Source of the DNA: PVC group bacterium | GTDB taxonomy: Bacteria; Verrucomicrobiota; Kiritimatiellia; CAIKKV01; CAITUY01 | NCBI GenBank assembly: GCA_945890715.1 | Contig: CAMDCX010000004.1 | Coordinates: 6,157-70,156 of the forward strand | Length of the DNA stretch: 64,000 nucleotides | Direction of reading: 5' to 3' | Position numbers and translations under genes: made by a program | Shown: positions 27,729-35,787 of the stretch, piece by piece | Numbering within the stretch: the first letter of the stretch is position 1 | Layout: every line of letters starts with the position of its first letter | Notes under the pieces: model-generated | Told to the model about the DNA's origin: nothing | What the model saw: the letters and a program-made list of their open reading frames with translations, nothing else | Database searches by the model: none

Positions 27729-27733
27729 CCTGG

Positions 27734-28189
27734 TTGATCCAAACCGCACGAAGGAAACCCATCGGCATCAGCCTGGCTCTCGCCGCACTGGCCGCGCATA
27801 TCGGCTATCTCTGGTTCTTCCTGCAAAGCATCGACCGATTACTCCCGGCCACCGTCACCCTCTGGATGCTCCCCCAGACAGAACTGATTTTCTATCAATT
27901 CTCCCTCATGATGCCGGTGGTGTTCCTCATGCTCGTCCGGATGGCGAAAATCCGGCTGGGCCTCTCGACACGCCTGGATGTCGGACTTTCCCTAGCCGCC
28001 CTGGTTCTCATCCCTGCTGGCGCCTTCATTCTCGGATCTGTGTTGAGCCGCATCTCCCGCACGATTTCGTGGAACGACGGCGTTCAATACATCCTGATCG
28101 CCTCCATGGTGACGGGAACCGCCTTCATCCTGGTGGCGTTTCTCCGGCTATTGATCCGATTGCACGATCTGATTCAACGACAAAGCTAG
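27734..28189 (+). CDS. Membrane protein, unknown function (TTG start)
   Basis: 151 aa with about 4 TM segments. It begins 5 nt after the previous stop. No motif recognised. Confidence 0.45.
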   Translation: MIQTARRKPIGISLALAALAAHIGYLWFFLQSIDRLLPATVTLWMLPQTELIFYQFSLMMPVVFLMLVRMAKIRLGLSTRLDVGLSLAALVLIPAGAFILGSVLSRISRTISWNDGVQYILIASMVTGTAFILVAFLRLLIRLHDLIQRQS

Positions 28190-28313
28190 TGGTTTACGAG
28201 GATGACCAACATCTACGCCTCAGGGTCTTTCCTTTTGCGGCGGGCGAAAAGCGACGCTGTGGCCTCACGTTCCGATTCTCCTCCGGGCTACAACCATCAA
28301 TTATGTTCCTGCT

Positions 28314-29333
28314 ATGTTCGCGGACACCATGATCCCTCTTGACGGGCCGCCCGAGGTGGACGCCGACCTCCGGGCGGCGTCGGAGCCCAGGGCGAGCACC
28401 ACGGGCACTGACCGCGCCCGGAGGGCGCGGTCCACCTCCATCAGCGTAATCCTGGCAGATGGTCAGGCGGCCCTGGCGGTACCAGCATTCGTCATGACCA
28501 CCCTACCCTCCTTCCGGCGCGAGGTTGTGGCGCATCTGGTCCTGGACCAATCAGGCTGCGCCGCCACCAATCGAGCCGCCATGATCGCCCGGGCCAAAGC
28601 CGCGTTAGAGGCCTTGCCTCCCTCCATATCCAAGTTCCACCTGACCTGGGCGAACTATGAACAGGTAGACCTCCCCGGCGAACCCTTGTCGCGGGAAGAG
28701 GCTGTACGCGCCCTCAACCATGTCCCGACCCTGCCCCATCGAGGAGGCTTCTGTCCTGAGCGGGTCATCACCCGAGTCCTACTCTCTGGAAGCGGCATTC
28801 CTCACACTCCGCAACCAGCGGGCTTTGCGCCGCTCTTTGTCGCCATCCCAGCACCCGGATCAATCCCGATGCAGGGCGGCGGACTGGCTCCCTTTACTAG
28901 ACTGATCCCCGATCTTCCGGCCTATGTCCTCTTTGACACCAATGGCTTTAAGCGCGTCTCATTCCACTCAACCGCCCAATCCCCCTTCCTGGCCTCAGAC
29001 TTCATCCCGGCAGACAGCGTGGCGATCAGAAACGGAGCCACGACAACGCTGGTGGAGGCAAACCGGGACGCCCTCGTGTTTGCGCCGGCATCGAGTTCAT
29101 CCGGTTGGCAGGTCTGGAATCCGGCATCCTCTCAATTCGACCCACTCTCCGCACCCACGCCCTGTGTTGACCCCGCGTACGGTGCAGGCCTCTCCCTATG
29201 GTCACGTCATCGCTCCCTGGCCTGGACCCCAGGCAAGCTGGATGCGGCTCTGCCGGACTTGGTCAACGACACGCGCGCAACAGGTCTGCTCATCCCTGAA
29301 GCTGCCTTCATCGTGCTCGAAACCCAATCCTAG
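28314..29333 (+). CDS. Hypothetical Pro/Ala/Ser-rich protein
   Basis: 339 aa. The third-position GC bias looks coding. No signal peptide and no recognisable domain. Confidence 0.5.
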   Translation: MFADTMIPLDGPPEVDADLRAASEPRASTTGTDRARRARSTSISVILADGQAALAVPAFVMTTLPSFRREVVAHLVLDQSGCAATNRAAMIARAKAALEALPPSISKFHLTWANYEQVDLPGEPLSREEAVRALNHVPTLPHRGGFCPERVITRVLLSGSGIPHTPQPAGFAPLFVAIPAPGSIPMQGGGLAPFTRLIPDLPAYVLFDTNGFKRVSFHSTAQSPFLASDFIPADSVAIRNGATTTLVEANRDALVFAPASSSSGWQVWNPASSQFDPLSAPTPCVDPAYGAGLSLWSRHRSLAWTPGKLDAALPDLVNDTRATGLLIPEAAFIVLETQS

Positions 29334-29339
29334 GAAGTG

Positions 29340-29498
29340 ATGCTGGCACGCAAGGAACGCCAATCTCTGAAAACCAACCACGCGCTTGAATTCGATGAGG
29401 CCAAAACAGAAAAAGCCCCCGCTCCCTCCGTTCTGTGGCTCATCATTCCCGTCCTGTGGCTCCTGTGGAGGATGAAGAGGAATAGATGCATTTCGTAA
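29340..29498 (+). CDS. 52-aa tail-anchored mini-protein (not in the ORF track, below its cutoff)
   Basis: Hand translation gives MLARKERQSLKTNHALEFDEAKTEKAPAPSVLWLIIPVLWLLWRMKRNRCIS. An AGGAAG lies 5 nt upstream, and the ATG is 6 nt after the stop of the 339-aa gene. One TM segment followed by basic residues. Confidence 0.3.
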   Translation: MLARKERQSLKTNHALEFDEAKTEKAPAPSVLWLIIPVLWLLWRMKRNRCIS

Positions 29499-29505
29499 GC
29501 CGGGG

Positions 29506-29526
29506 CTGACTTTGCTTCGCGCGTCA
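29506..29526. repeat. Left copy of a 21-bp inverted repeat bracketing the HEAT-nuclease gene
   Basis: CTGACTTTGCTTCGCGCGTCA. The reverse complement of 30519-30539 is CTGACTTTGCTACGCGCGTCA, a 20/21 match. Confidence 0.6.
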
Positions 29527-29565
29527 GTGCTGCGCGGGCAGTTAAAATCGCCTGGACGTCAGCCT

Positions 29566-29604
29566 AAATTGGTTATATATATAATTATATACATACAACC
29601 ATTT
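29566..29604. promoter_or_regulatory. AT-rich imperfect palindrome upstream of the HEAT-nuclease gene (candidate promoter/operator)
   Basis: AAATTGGTTATATATATAA|TTATATACATACAACCATTT ends 17 nt before ATG 29622. It is strikingly AT-rich for this window. Confidence 0.4.
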
Positions 29605-29621
29605 AGAATAGAAACCCTCTC

Positions 29622-30521
29622 ATGAAGAACCCCATGGATCGTCAATTGGAGAAACGGCTTTCCGAACGGGCGGTGGCGATTGGCCGTGAAGGCGAAGTGG
29701 CGGCGTTCAGGGAACTGCTTGATTTGCTCGGCTCCTCCTCGGCCAACGCCAGGCGGCTGGCCGCGTCGGCCTTAGGCAAACTGGCCTGGATGGGGGTTGA
29801 ACAATCGAGGGCTGTAGCGGCACTTGCGCCCATGGCACGCCACGATCCTCATCCACAAACCCGTCAATATGTCATTAAAGCGCTCAAGGCTTACGGGATG
29901 GCAGCAGCGGGCTGCCTGCACGACCTGCGCGATATGGCGCAGAACCCTTCCGAGAAAGATTACATTCAGCGTGATGCCGCGAGTGCCGTGAAGTTTATTG
30001 AGGAGGCCATAAAAATCGCCGCCTCGCAAGCAGAGTCGTATTGCCAGCGTTGCAGCGCCCGGGTATCGGTAGATGAGTATGCCCGCTCAAACCAGGCCTT
30101 TCAGCGGGTGTTTTGCGACCGATGTTTCGACGAGGTCTTCCTGGAACGACGAAACTTCGAGATGCAGGTCGAAATCAACAAGACCATCGAGGCCCGTGAT
30201 GGCACGGTAGTACAGTCCGAGGGAGAACGAAGGATTGCGGAATGGCTGAGCGCGAAGGGGATGGCCTATCGCTACGATGCCAAGTTCCGCCTTATCGCCG
30301 AGTTTCAAATCCGCCCCGATTTCTATCTTCCGGAACTGGATGTCTATATCGAATATTGGGGCATGGACACCCCTCAATACAAAATGAGTATGTACAAAAA
30401 GCAGATGCTCTACCAGCAGGAGGGGAAGCGCTTGATCTCGGTGTACCCGAAGGATCTTCCCGCTCTGGATGGCTTGCTTCGGTCAAAACTTAATCTCTTC
30501 GGGTTCCTCCCCCAGCGTTGA
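29622..30521 (+). CDS. HEAT-repeat / zinc-ribbon / PD-(D/E)xK nuclease-fold protein
   Basis: The N-terminus has HEAT/PBS-lyase-like repeats ('NARRLAASALGKL', 'PQTRQYVIKALKAYG'). The middle has 'CQRC...x20...CDRC'. The C-terminus, 'SEGERRIAEWLSAKGMAYRYD...IRPDFYLPELDVYIEYWG', matches the nuclease-fold module seen at N-termini of helicase IV/UvrD-like proteins. Confidence 0.7.
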   Translation: MKNPMDRQLEKRLSERAVAIGREGEVAAFRELLDLLGSSSANARRLAASALGKLAWMGVEQSRAVAALAPMARHDPHPQTRQYVIKALKAYGMAAAGCLHDLRDMAQNPSEKDYIQRDAASAVKFIEEAIKIAASQAESYCQRCSARVSVDEYARSNQAFQRVFCDRCFDEVFLERRNFEMQVEINKTIEARDGTVVQSEGERRIAEWLSAKGMAYRYDAKFRLIAEFQIRPDFYLPELDVYIEYWGMDTPQYKMSMYKKQMLYQQEGKRLISVYPKDLPALDGLLRSKLNLFGFLPQR

Positions 30522-30539
30522 CGCGCGTAGCAAAGTCAG
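30519..30539. repeat. Right copy of the 21-bp inverted repeat
   Basis: TGACGCGCGTAGCAAAGTCAG. It overlaps the TGA stop of the HEAT-nuclease gene and lies 49 nt upstream of the nspC start. Confidence 0.6.
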
Positions 30540-30587
30540 AAAGCCGCGCTTGTTTTCCGGCCGCTGCTCTGGCACCTTCTTGCCGTC

Positions 30588-31691
30588 ATGAAACCAACGA
30601 CTCCCTATTATCTGATCGACGAGAAGAAATTGTTGCGAAACCTGAAGATCATTCAGCAGGTGCGCGAACTCTCGGGCGCCAAGTCGGTTTTGGCCTTGAA
30701 ATGCTTTTCGACCTGGTCCGTGTTCCCCCTGATGCGCAAGTACATGGATGGCACAACAAGCAGCTCCCTTCCCGAAGCCCGGCTGGGATACGAGAAGTTC
30801 GGGAAAGAAGTGCACGCCTATAGCGTCGGCTTCACCCGACAAGAGGTTCGGGAAGTCAGCACCTTTGCCGACATGGTAATTTTCAACTCCCTCTCGCAAC
30901 TGAAACGGTTTGCCCCCGAAACCCGCGGCCTGAAACTGGGCCTGCGAGTAAATCCCGGAATCAGTCACTCCCATTTCGACCTTGCCGATCCGGCCAGGCG
31001 TTTTTCGCGGCTCGGCGTGACGGATCAAGCCGCCCTCATAAAGGTATCCTCCCGGCTCAGCGGAGTGATGTTTCATTTCAACTGCGAAAATGACGAATTC
31101 AAGAGTTTTGCCTCGGCGCTCGACCATATCGGACAGCAATATAGTCCGCTCCTGAAAAAAATGGAATGGGTCAGCCTGGGTGGCGGGCTGTCTTTTACAA
31201 AAGCCGGATATCCCCTGCGTCAATTCTGCAACAAACTGAAGCAGTTCAGCGCGGAGTTCGGCGTCCAAATCTATCTGGAGCCTGGCGAAGCTGCAATCAC
31301 CGGATGTGCCGAACTCGTGACCACCGTTCTGGATGTCGTGCATAACGAGTCCGATGTCGCGATCCTGGATGCTTCCATGGAGGCGCACATGCTCGATCAC
31401 CTGATCTACAGGACCAGCCCGAAGGTCAATTCCCCCGCGCCGGGCCGACACCCTATCATGCTGGCCGGACGTTCCTGTCTCGCGGGCGATGTATTCGGAC
31501 ACTACTCGCTCAAAACGCAGTTAAAGCCCGGCTCGGTCGTTCATCTGGCCGATGCCGCGGGATACACCATGGTGAAAAAGAACTGGTTCAATGGTCTCCC
31601 CATGCCATCCATTTGCGTGCGACGACTGAACGGAAAGCTGGAAACGGTGCGGCGTTTCAGCTACAAGGATTATCTCGAAAGTCTTTCATAG
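30588..31691 (+). CDS. nspC: Carboxy(nor)spermidine decarboxylase
   Basis: N-terminus 'TPYYLIDEKKLLRNL', PLP-Lys block 'LALKCFS', plus 'GGGLSF', 'EPGEAAI' and 'SCLAGD' (alanine-racemase-fold decarboxylase, NspC type). It is followed by the CASDH gene. Confidence 0.88.
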   Translation: MKPTTPYYLIDEKKLLRNLKIIQQVRELSGAKSVLALKCFSTWSVFPLMRKYMDGTTSSSLPEARLGYEKFGKEVHAYSVGFTRQEVREVSTFADMVIFNSLSQLKRFAPETRGLKLGLRVNPGISHSHFDLADPARRFSRLGVTDQAALIKVSSRLSGVMFHFNCENDEFKSFASALDHIGQQYSPLLKKMEWVSLGGGLSFTKAGYPLRQFCNKLKQFSAEFGVQIYLEPGEAAITGCAELVTTVLDVVHNESDVAILDASMEAHMLDHLIYRTSPKVNSPAPGRHPIMLAGRSCLAGDVFGHYSLKTQLKPGSVVHLADAAGYTMVKKNWFNGLPMPSICVRRLNGKLETVRRFSYKDYLESLS

Positions 31692-31704
31692 GAAGGGAAT
31701 ATTA

Positions 31705-33063
31705 ATGAAGAAGAACATCCTGATTATCGGGGCCGGCGGAGTGGCCCATGTGACAGCCCATAAAGCGGCGATGAATAATGACGTACTTGGCGACATCTGT
31801 ATCGCCTCACGCACTCGCTCCAAGTGCGACGAGATCATTGAGAGCGTCCGCCGGATGAAACACCTCAAGGATCCGTCCAAAAAACTCTATTCACGACAAA
31901 TTGACGCCCTCGACATCCCGGCAACCGTGAAACTGATCCGTTCGACCAAGTCCGAAATCGTGATCAATCTCGGCAACGCCTTCATCAATATGTCCGTCCT
32001 GGAAGCCTGCCTGGAAACCGGCGCCGTCTATCTGGACACCGCCATCCACGAGGATCCGGACAAGGTTTGCGAAACGCCTCCGTGGTACGCCAACTACGAG
32101 TGGAAGCGAAAAGACCGCTGCGCGAAAAAAGGCCTGACGGCCATTCTGGGCGTGGGCTTCGATCCCGGCGTGGTGAATGCGTATTGCGCATTGGCCCAGA
32201 AGCGCTACTTCGACAAGATCGATACCATTGACATCATGGACGTCAATGCGGGCAGCCATGGCAAGTATTTCGCCACCAATTTTGATCCGGAGATCAACTT
32301 CCGCGAGTTCATCAAGGTCTGGACCTGGATTAACCGGAAATGGAAGGAATACCCGACCCATTCCGTCAAGCGTGTCTATGATTTCCCGGTGGCGGGACCC
32401 TGCCCCATCTATCTCAATGGACACGATGAACTGCACTCGCTATCGAAAAACATCAACGCCAACAGCATCCGGTTCTGGATGGGCTTCGGCAATCATTACA
32501 TCAATGTATTTACCGTCCTGCGAACCCTGGGCTTTTTGTCCCACCTGCCCGTAACCCTCACCACCGGCCAGGAGGTTGTCCCCCTGAAAGTCGTGAAGGC
32601 GCTCCTGCCCGACCCCAAGACCCTGGCGCCCGGCTATACGGGAAAGACCTGCATCGGAAATTTCGTTAAGGGCTGGAAAAACGGAAAGAAGCGCGAAGTC
32701 TTCATCTACCAGGTTTCCGATCACCACAAATGTTTTAAAGAAATCGAATCCCAGGGAATCAGCTACACCGCAGGCGTCCCTCCGGTTGCCGCCGCCATGC
32801 TGGTGGCTAAGGGCATCTGGGATCCCAAGACCATGGTCAACGTGGAGGAACTCGACCCCGAACCCTTCATCGCCATTCTCGACAAGATCGGCCTGCCCAC
32901 GGACGTCAAGGAGATCAAGCCGGGCAGCAAGGATTCCTTTGACGGCACGGTTCGGGATCTGAAGGTGGAACTTGCCGAGTCTACCGCAACCGTCACCGTC
33001 TCCGCCGCCAATCCTCTGATTGCGCTGAATCCCAAGGCGCAGCCCAAAACGGCGAAGAAGTAG
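31705..33063 (+). CDS. Carboxy(nor)spermidine dehydrogenase/synthase (saccharopine dehydrogenase family)
   Basis: Rossmann motif 'ILIIGAGGVAHV' and 'GFDPGVVNAY'. It has a C-terminal tail of about 45 aa beyond the usual length of roughly 400-415 aa. Confidence 0.85.
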   Translation: MKKNILIIGAGGVAHVTAHKAAMNNDVLGDICIASRTRSKCDEIIESVRRMKHLKDPSKKLYSRQIDALDIPATVKLIRSTKSEIVINLGNAFINMSVLEACLETGAVYLDTAIHEDPDKVCETPPWYANYEWKRKDRCAKKGLTAILGVGFDPGVVNAYCALAQKRYFDKIDTIDIMDVNAGSHGKYFATNFDPEINFREFIKVWTWINRKWKEYPTHSVKRVYDFPVAGPCPIYLNGHDELHSLSKNINANSIRFWMGFGNHYINVFTVLRTLGFLSHLPVTLTTGQEVVPLKVVKALLPDPKTLAPGYTGKTCIGNFVKGWKNGKKREVFIYQVSDHHKCFKEIESQGISYTAGVPPVAAAMLVAKGIWDPKTMVNVEELDPEPFIAILDKIGLPTDVKEIKPGSKDSFDGTVRDLKVELAESTATVTVSAANPLIALNPKAQPKTAKK

Positions 33064-33080
33064 ATCCGGCCCGGAATAAT

Positions 33081-33193
33081 ATATGGAGTGCGGCGGCTTG
33101 ACGCCGCTTTCACAAGGCCTGGCTTGACAGGCCGACACACGGCGCGTCAAGCCGCGCCTCAGAAAAGCGGCGTCAAGCCGCCGCACTCCATAT
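33081..33193. repeat. Composite palindromic (REP/BIME-like) element; probable bidirectional terminator
   Basis: A perfect 30-nt inverted repeat, ATATGGAGTGCGGCGGCTTGACGCCGCTTT (33081-33110) with its reverse complement at 33164-33193. Between the arms are two further GC hairpins, each carrying CTTGAC/GTCAAG. It sits between convergent genes. Confidence 0.7.
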
Positions 33194-34335
33194 TACTGAT
33201 TGATATGAATAATCTTGGCGGGCTCAAACCCGTTGAAGTGCGTGGCTGAGGCGACGCTGTAGGCGCCGATATTCCGGCTGTACACGAGATCGCCCCGCTC
33301 GAGATTGGTCGGCAATTCTTCCGACATGGAAATCACATCGAGCGCATCGCAGGTCGGGCCGAACACGGTGCAAATCTCCTTCGGACCCTTCTTGAACGCC
33401 TTCAGGTGATACTGACAATGGTCAAAGATGATGCCTGAGAAGGTGTTATAGACGCCGTCATCAATGTAGTAGCACAATTTTCCATTGCGCCGCGCCTTGC
33501 CAATCACCTGGGAGACCGCGGTGCCAGCCGTCGCCACCATGAACCGGCCCGGTTCGGCCAGGATCTGGATATCTTTCGGGAATAACCGGTTCAACTCGGC
33601 ATTGATCTTGCGGGCGAGTTCGCTAAACGGCTTCACGGTTTCATCATAGGGCGCCGGAAAGCCCCCACCAATATCCAGAAGGTTCATCTTGGTGTAGCCG
33701 CGCCCCTTGGCTTCCTCAAAAATACTGGCCGCCAGATTGATGGCCTGGACGAAATTCTCGAAATTGGTGGTCTGGCTGCCGACATGAAAACTCAGCCCTT
33801 CCACAACCAACCCGGCCTTGTCGGCCGCCAGAATCAGATCCACCGCTTCACCGGAGGCCGCGCCGCATTTCGAGGAGAGTTCGCACATCGCGCCGGTATT
33901 GGGAACACTTAGCCGCAGGGCAAGCCCCGAGTTGGGGGCGTATTTCCTGATCTTCCGGATTTCCTCATGGTTATCGTAGGTGACCAGAGCCTTGTATTGA
34001 TCCAACTCCCGAAGGGCATCATTCACCTTGATGGGATTGGCGTAAATGATTTTATCCCAGATCCAATCCTGCCGCTTCTTGGCCGACATATGCTTGATCA
34101 GATCATAGACGATGTTGAACTCAGGCATCGACGCGACATCAAAGCTCGAGCCCGCATCAAACAGGGTCTTCACAATGGCGGGATCCGGGTTGGCCTTTAC
34201 CGCGTAGTAGGCCTGGACGCGGGGTAGATATTTCTTGAATGTGGCATAGTTTTCCCGAAGAACAGTGTGATCGACCACAAAGAGGGGAGTCCCATGCTTT
34301 TCCGCAAGTTTCCGAAGCGTGTTCACTGTGTCCAT
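33193..34335 (-). CDS. Alanine-racemase-fold ornithine (or lysine/ornithine) decarboxylase
   Basis: 'HGTPLFVVD', PLP-Lys 'YAVKANPD', 'IGGGFP', 'EPGRFMVA' and 'GPTCDALD' match eukaryote-type ODC signatures. Confidence 0.85.
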   Translation of the reverse strand: MDTVNTLRKLAEKHGTPLFVVDHTVLRENYATFKKYLPRVQAYYAVKANPDPAIVKTLFDAGSSFDVASMPEFNIVYDLIKHMSAKKRQDWIWDKIIYANPIKVNDALRELDQYKALVTYDNHEEIRKIRKYAPNSGLALRLSVPNTGAMCELSSKCGAASGEAVDLILAADKAGLVVEGLSFHVGSQTTNFENFVQAINLAASIFEEAKGRGYTKMNLLDIGGGFPAPYDETVKPFSELARKINAELNRLFPKDIQILAEPGRFMVATAGTAVSQVIGKARRNGKLCYYIDDGVYNTFSGIIFDHCQYHLKAFKKGPKEICTVFGPTCDALDVISMSEELPTNLERGDLVYSRNIGAYSVASATHFNGFEPAKIIHINQ

Positions 34336-34492
34336 AGTTCTACAATCCCTTTGTCGTTCATCCGGTTGAATTGGCGGCGAGTATTACAAACCGCCTTTCT
34401 GGAAACAAGAAACAATGAATCCGCAGTTTTTGACATCCCCCACCCCTTTGTGGTAGCTATTCACGATCAAAAAACGGAACAGTAAGGACGTT

Positions 34493-35734
34493 ATGCAGGC
34501 ATTTACTTATCAGTCTGGAAAATTATTCGCGGAAGGCGTACCGGTCGAGGATCTGGCGCTTCGCTATGGCACGCCGCTTTATGTCTACAGCAAGAATCAT
34601 CTTAAAGACCGATATCGCGCCATCGCCTCCGCGATGGCCGAGGTGAAGCCCATGATCTGCTACTCGGTGAAGGCCAACAGCAATATCGCCATCATCAAGA
34701 CCCTGGTCCAGGAAGGCGCAGGGTTCGATATTGTTTCCGGCGGCGAACTTTTCCGGGTATTGCGGGCGGGGGCGGAAGCCAATCGCATCGTCTTCGCCGG
34801 CGTCGGAAAGACCCGCGAGGAAATTGAATACGCCCTGAAGGAACAAATCGCTTTCTTCACCTGTGAATCCGAGCCCGAAGCCGTCCGCATCTCCGAGTGC
34901 GCCAAACATCTCGGCGTCAAAGGACGGATCGCCTTCCGCATGAACCCGGATGTGGATCCGAAAACGCACAAGTACATCAGCACCGGAAAAAAAGAAAACA
35001 AGTTCGGACTCGACCTCGCCCGCACCCTGCAGGCCTATGAACTGGCCGCCAGTCTGCCGAACATCGAGATCGCCGGGCTCCATATGCACATCGGCTCTCA
35101 AATTCTCAGCGCTGAACCCTTCGGTGAGGCGCTTGAAAAAGTGAAGGACTTCTGCAAAACCCTGAAGGCCAAATACCCCACCTTTCGCCACCTTGACATT
35201 GGCGGCGGGCTCGGCATCAACTACAAGCCCGATCAGGAAGCCCTCGACCCGAAGGCTTACGCCGCCGTTCTGCTGCCCTCCCTCAAGGAACTGGGCCTGC
35301 AGGTGTGGATGGAGCCCGGCCGCAGCATCGTTGGCAATGCCGGGATCCTCGTCAGCCGGGTGCAGTATGTGAAGGACAGCCATTTCAAAAAGTTCATCGT
35401 CGTGGATGCCGCCATGAATGACCTGATCCGGCCGGCTCTTTATCAGGCTCACCACGAGATCCTTCCGGTCGTCGCCACGGAGAAGACCGTCACCGGCGAC
35501 CTGGTTGGCCCGATCTGTGAGTCAGGCGACTTCCTGGCGCAGGATCGGGAACTGCCGGATGTGAAGCAGGGCGACCTCGTGGTCGCCTTGAGTGCGGGAG
35601 CCTATGGATTCTCGATGTCGTCCAACTACAATAGCCGTCCGCGCGCCGCCGAGGTCATGGTGGACGGTACCCGTGCCACGCCCATCCGCCAGCGCGAAAC
35701 ATGGGAAGATATTGTACGCGGCGAGAGCTTATGA
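34493..35734 (+). CDS. lysA: Diaminopimelate decarboxylase
   Basis: 'YGTPLYVYS', 'YSVKANSN', 'IGGGLGI', 'EPGRSIVG' and 'GPICESGD'. Confidence 0.92.
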   Translation: MQAFTYQSGKLFAEGVPVEDLALRYGTPLYVYSKNHLKDRYRAIASAMAEVKPMICYSVKANSNIAIIKTLVQEGAGFDIVSGGELFRVLRAGAEANRIVFAGVGKTREEIEYALKEQIAFFTCESEPEAVRISECAKHLGVKGRIAFRMNPDVDPKTHKYISTGKKENKFGLDLARTLQAYELAASLPNIEIAGLHMHIGSQILSAEPFGEALEKVKDFCKTLKAKYPTFRHLDIGGGLGINYKPDQEALDPKAYAAVLLPSLKELGLQVWMEPGRSIVGNAGILVSRVQYVKDSHFKKFIVVDAAMNDLIRPALYQAHHEILPVVATEKTVTGDLVGPICESGDFLAQDRELPDVKQGDLVVALSAGAYGFSMSSNYNSRPRAAEVMVDGTRATPIRQRETWEDIVRGESL

Positions 35735-35787
35735 TATCAGAAATCTGAACGTTAGGTGGTGGGGATTATCCCGCCAGGGAGAGCATC

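Noticed and set aside
27453-28189. The idea that the 91-aa and 151-aa ORFs are two halves of one frameshifted exosortase gene.
   Set aside because: I translated across the junction in all frames. There is no continuous frame joining them, and the downstream protein lacks the exosortase Arg and His motifs.
34336-34492. A possible lysine riboswitch in the 157-nt leader between the ODC gene and lysA.
   Set aside because: I could not find the conserved L-box core elements or a convincing multi-helix junction. The region is more likely just a divergent promoter.
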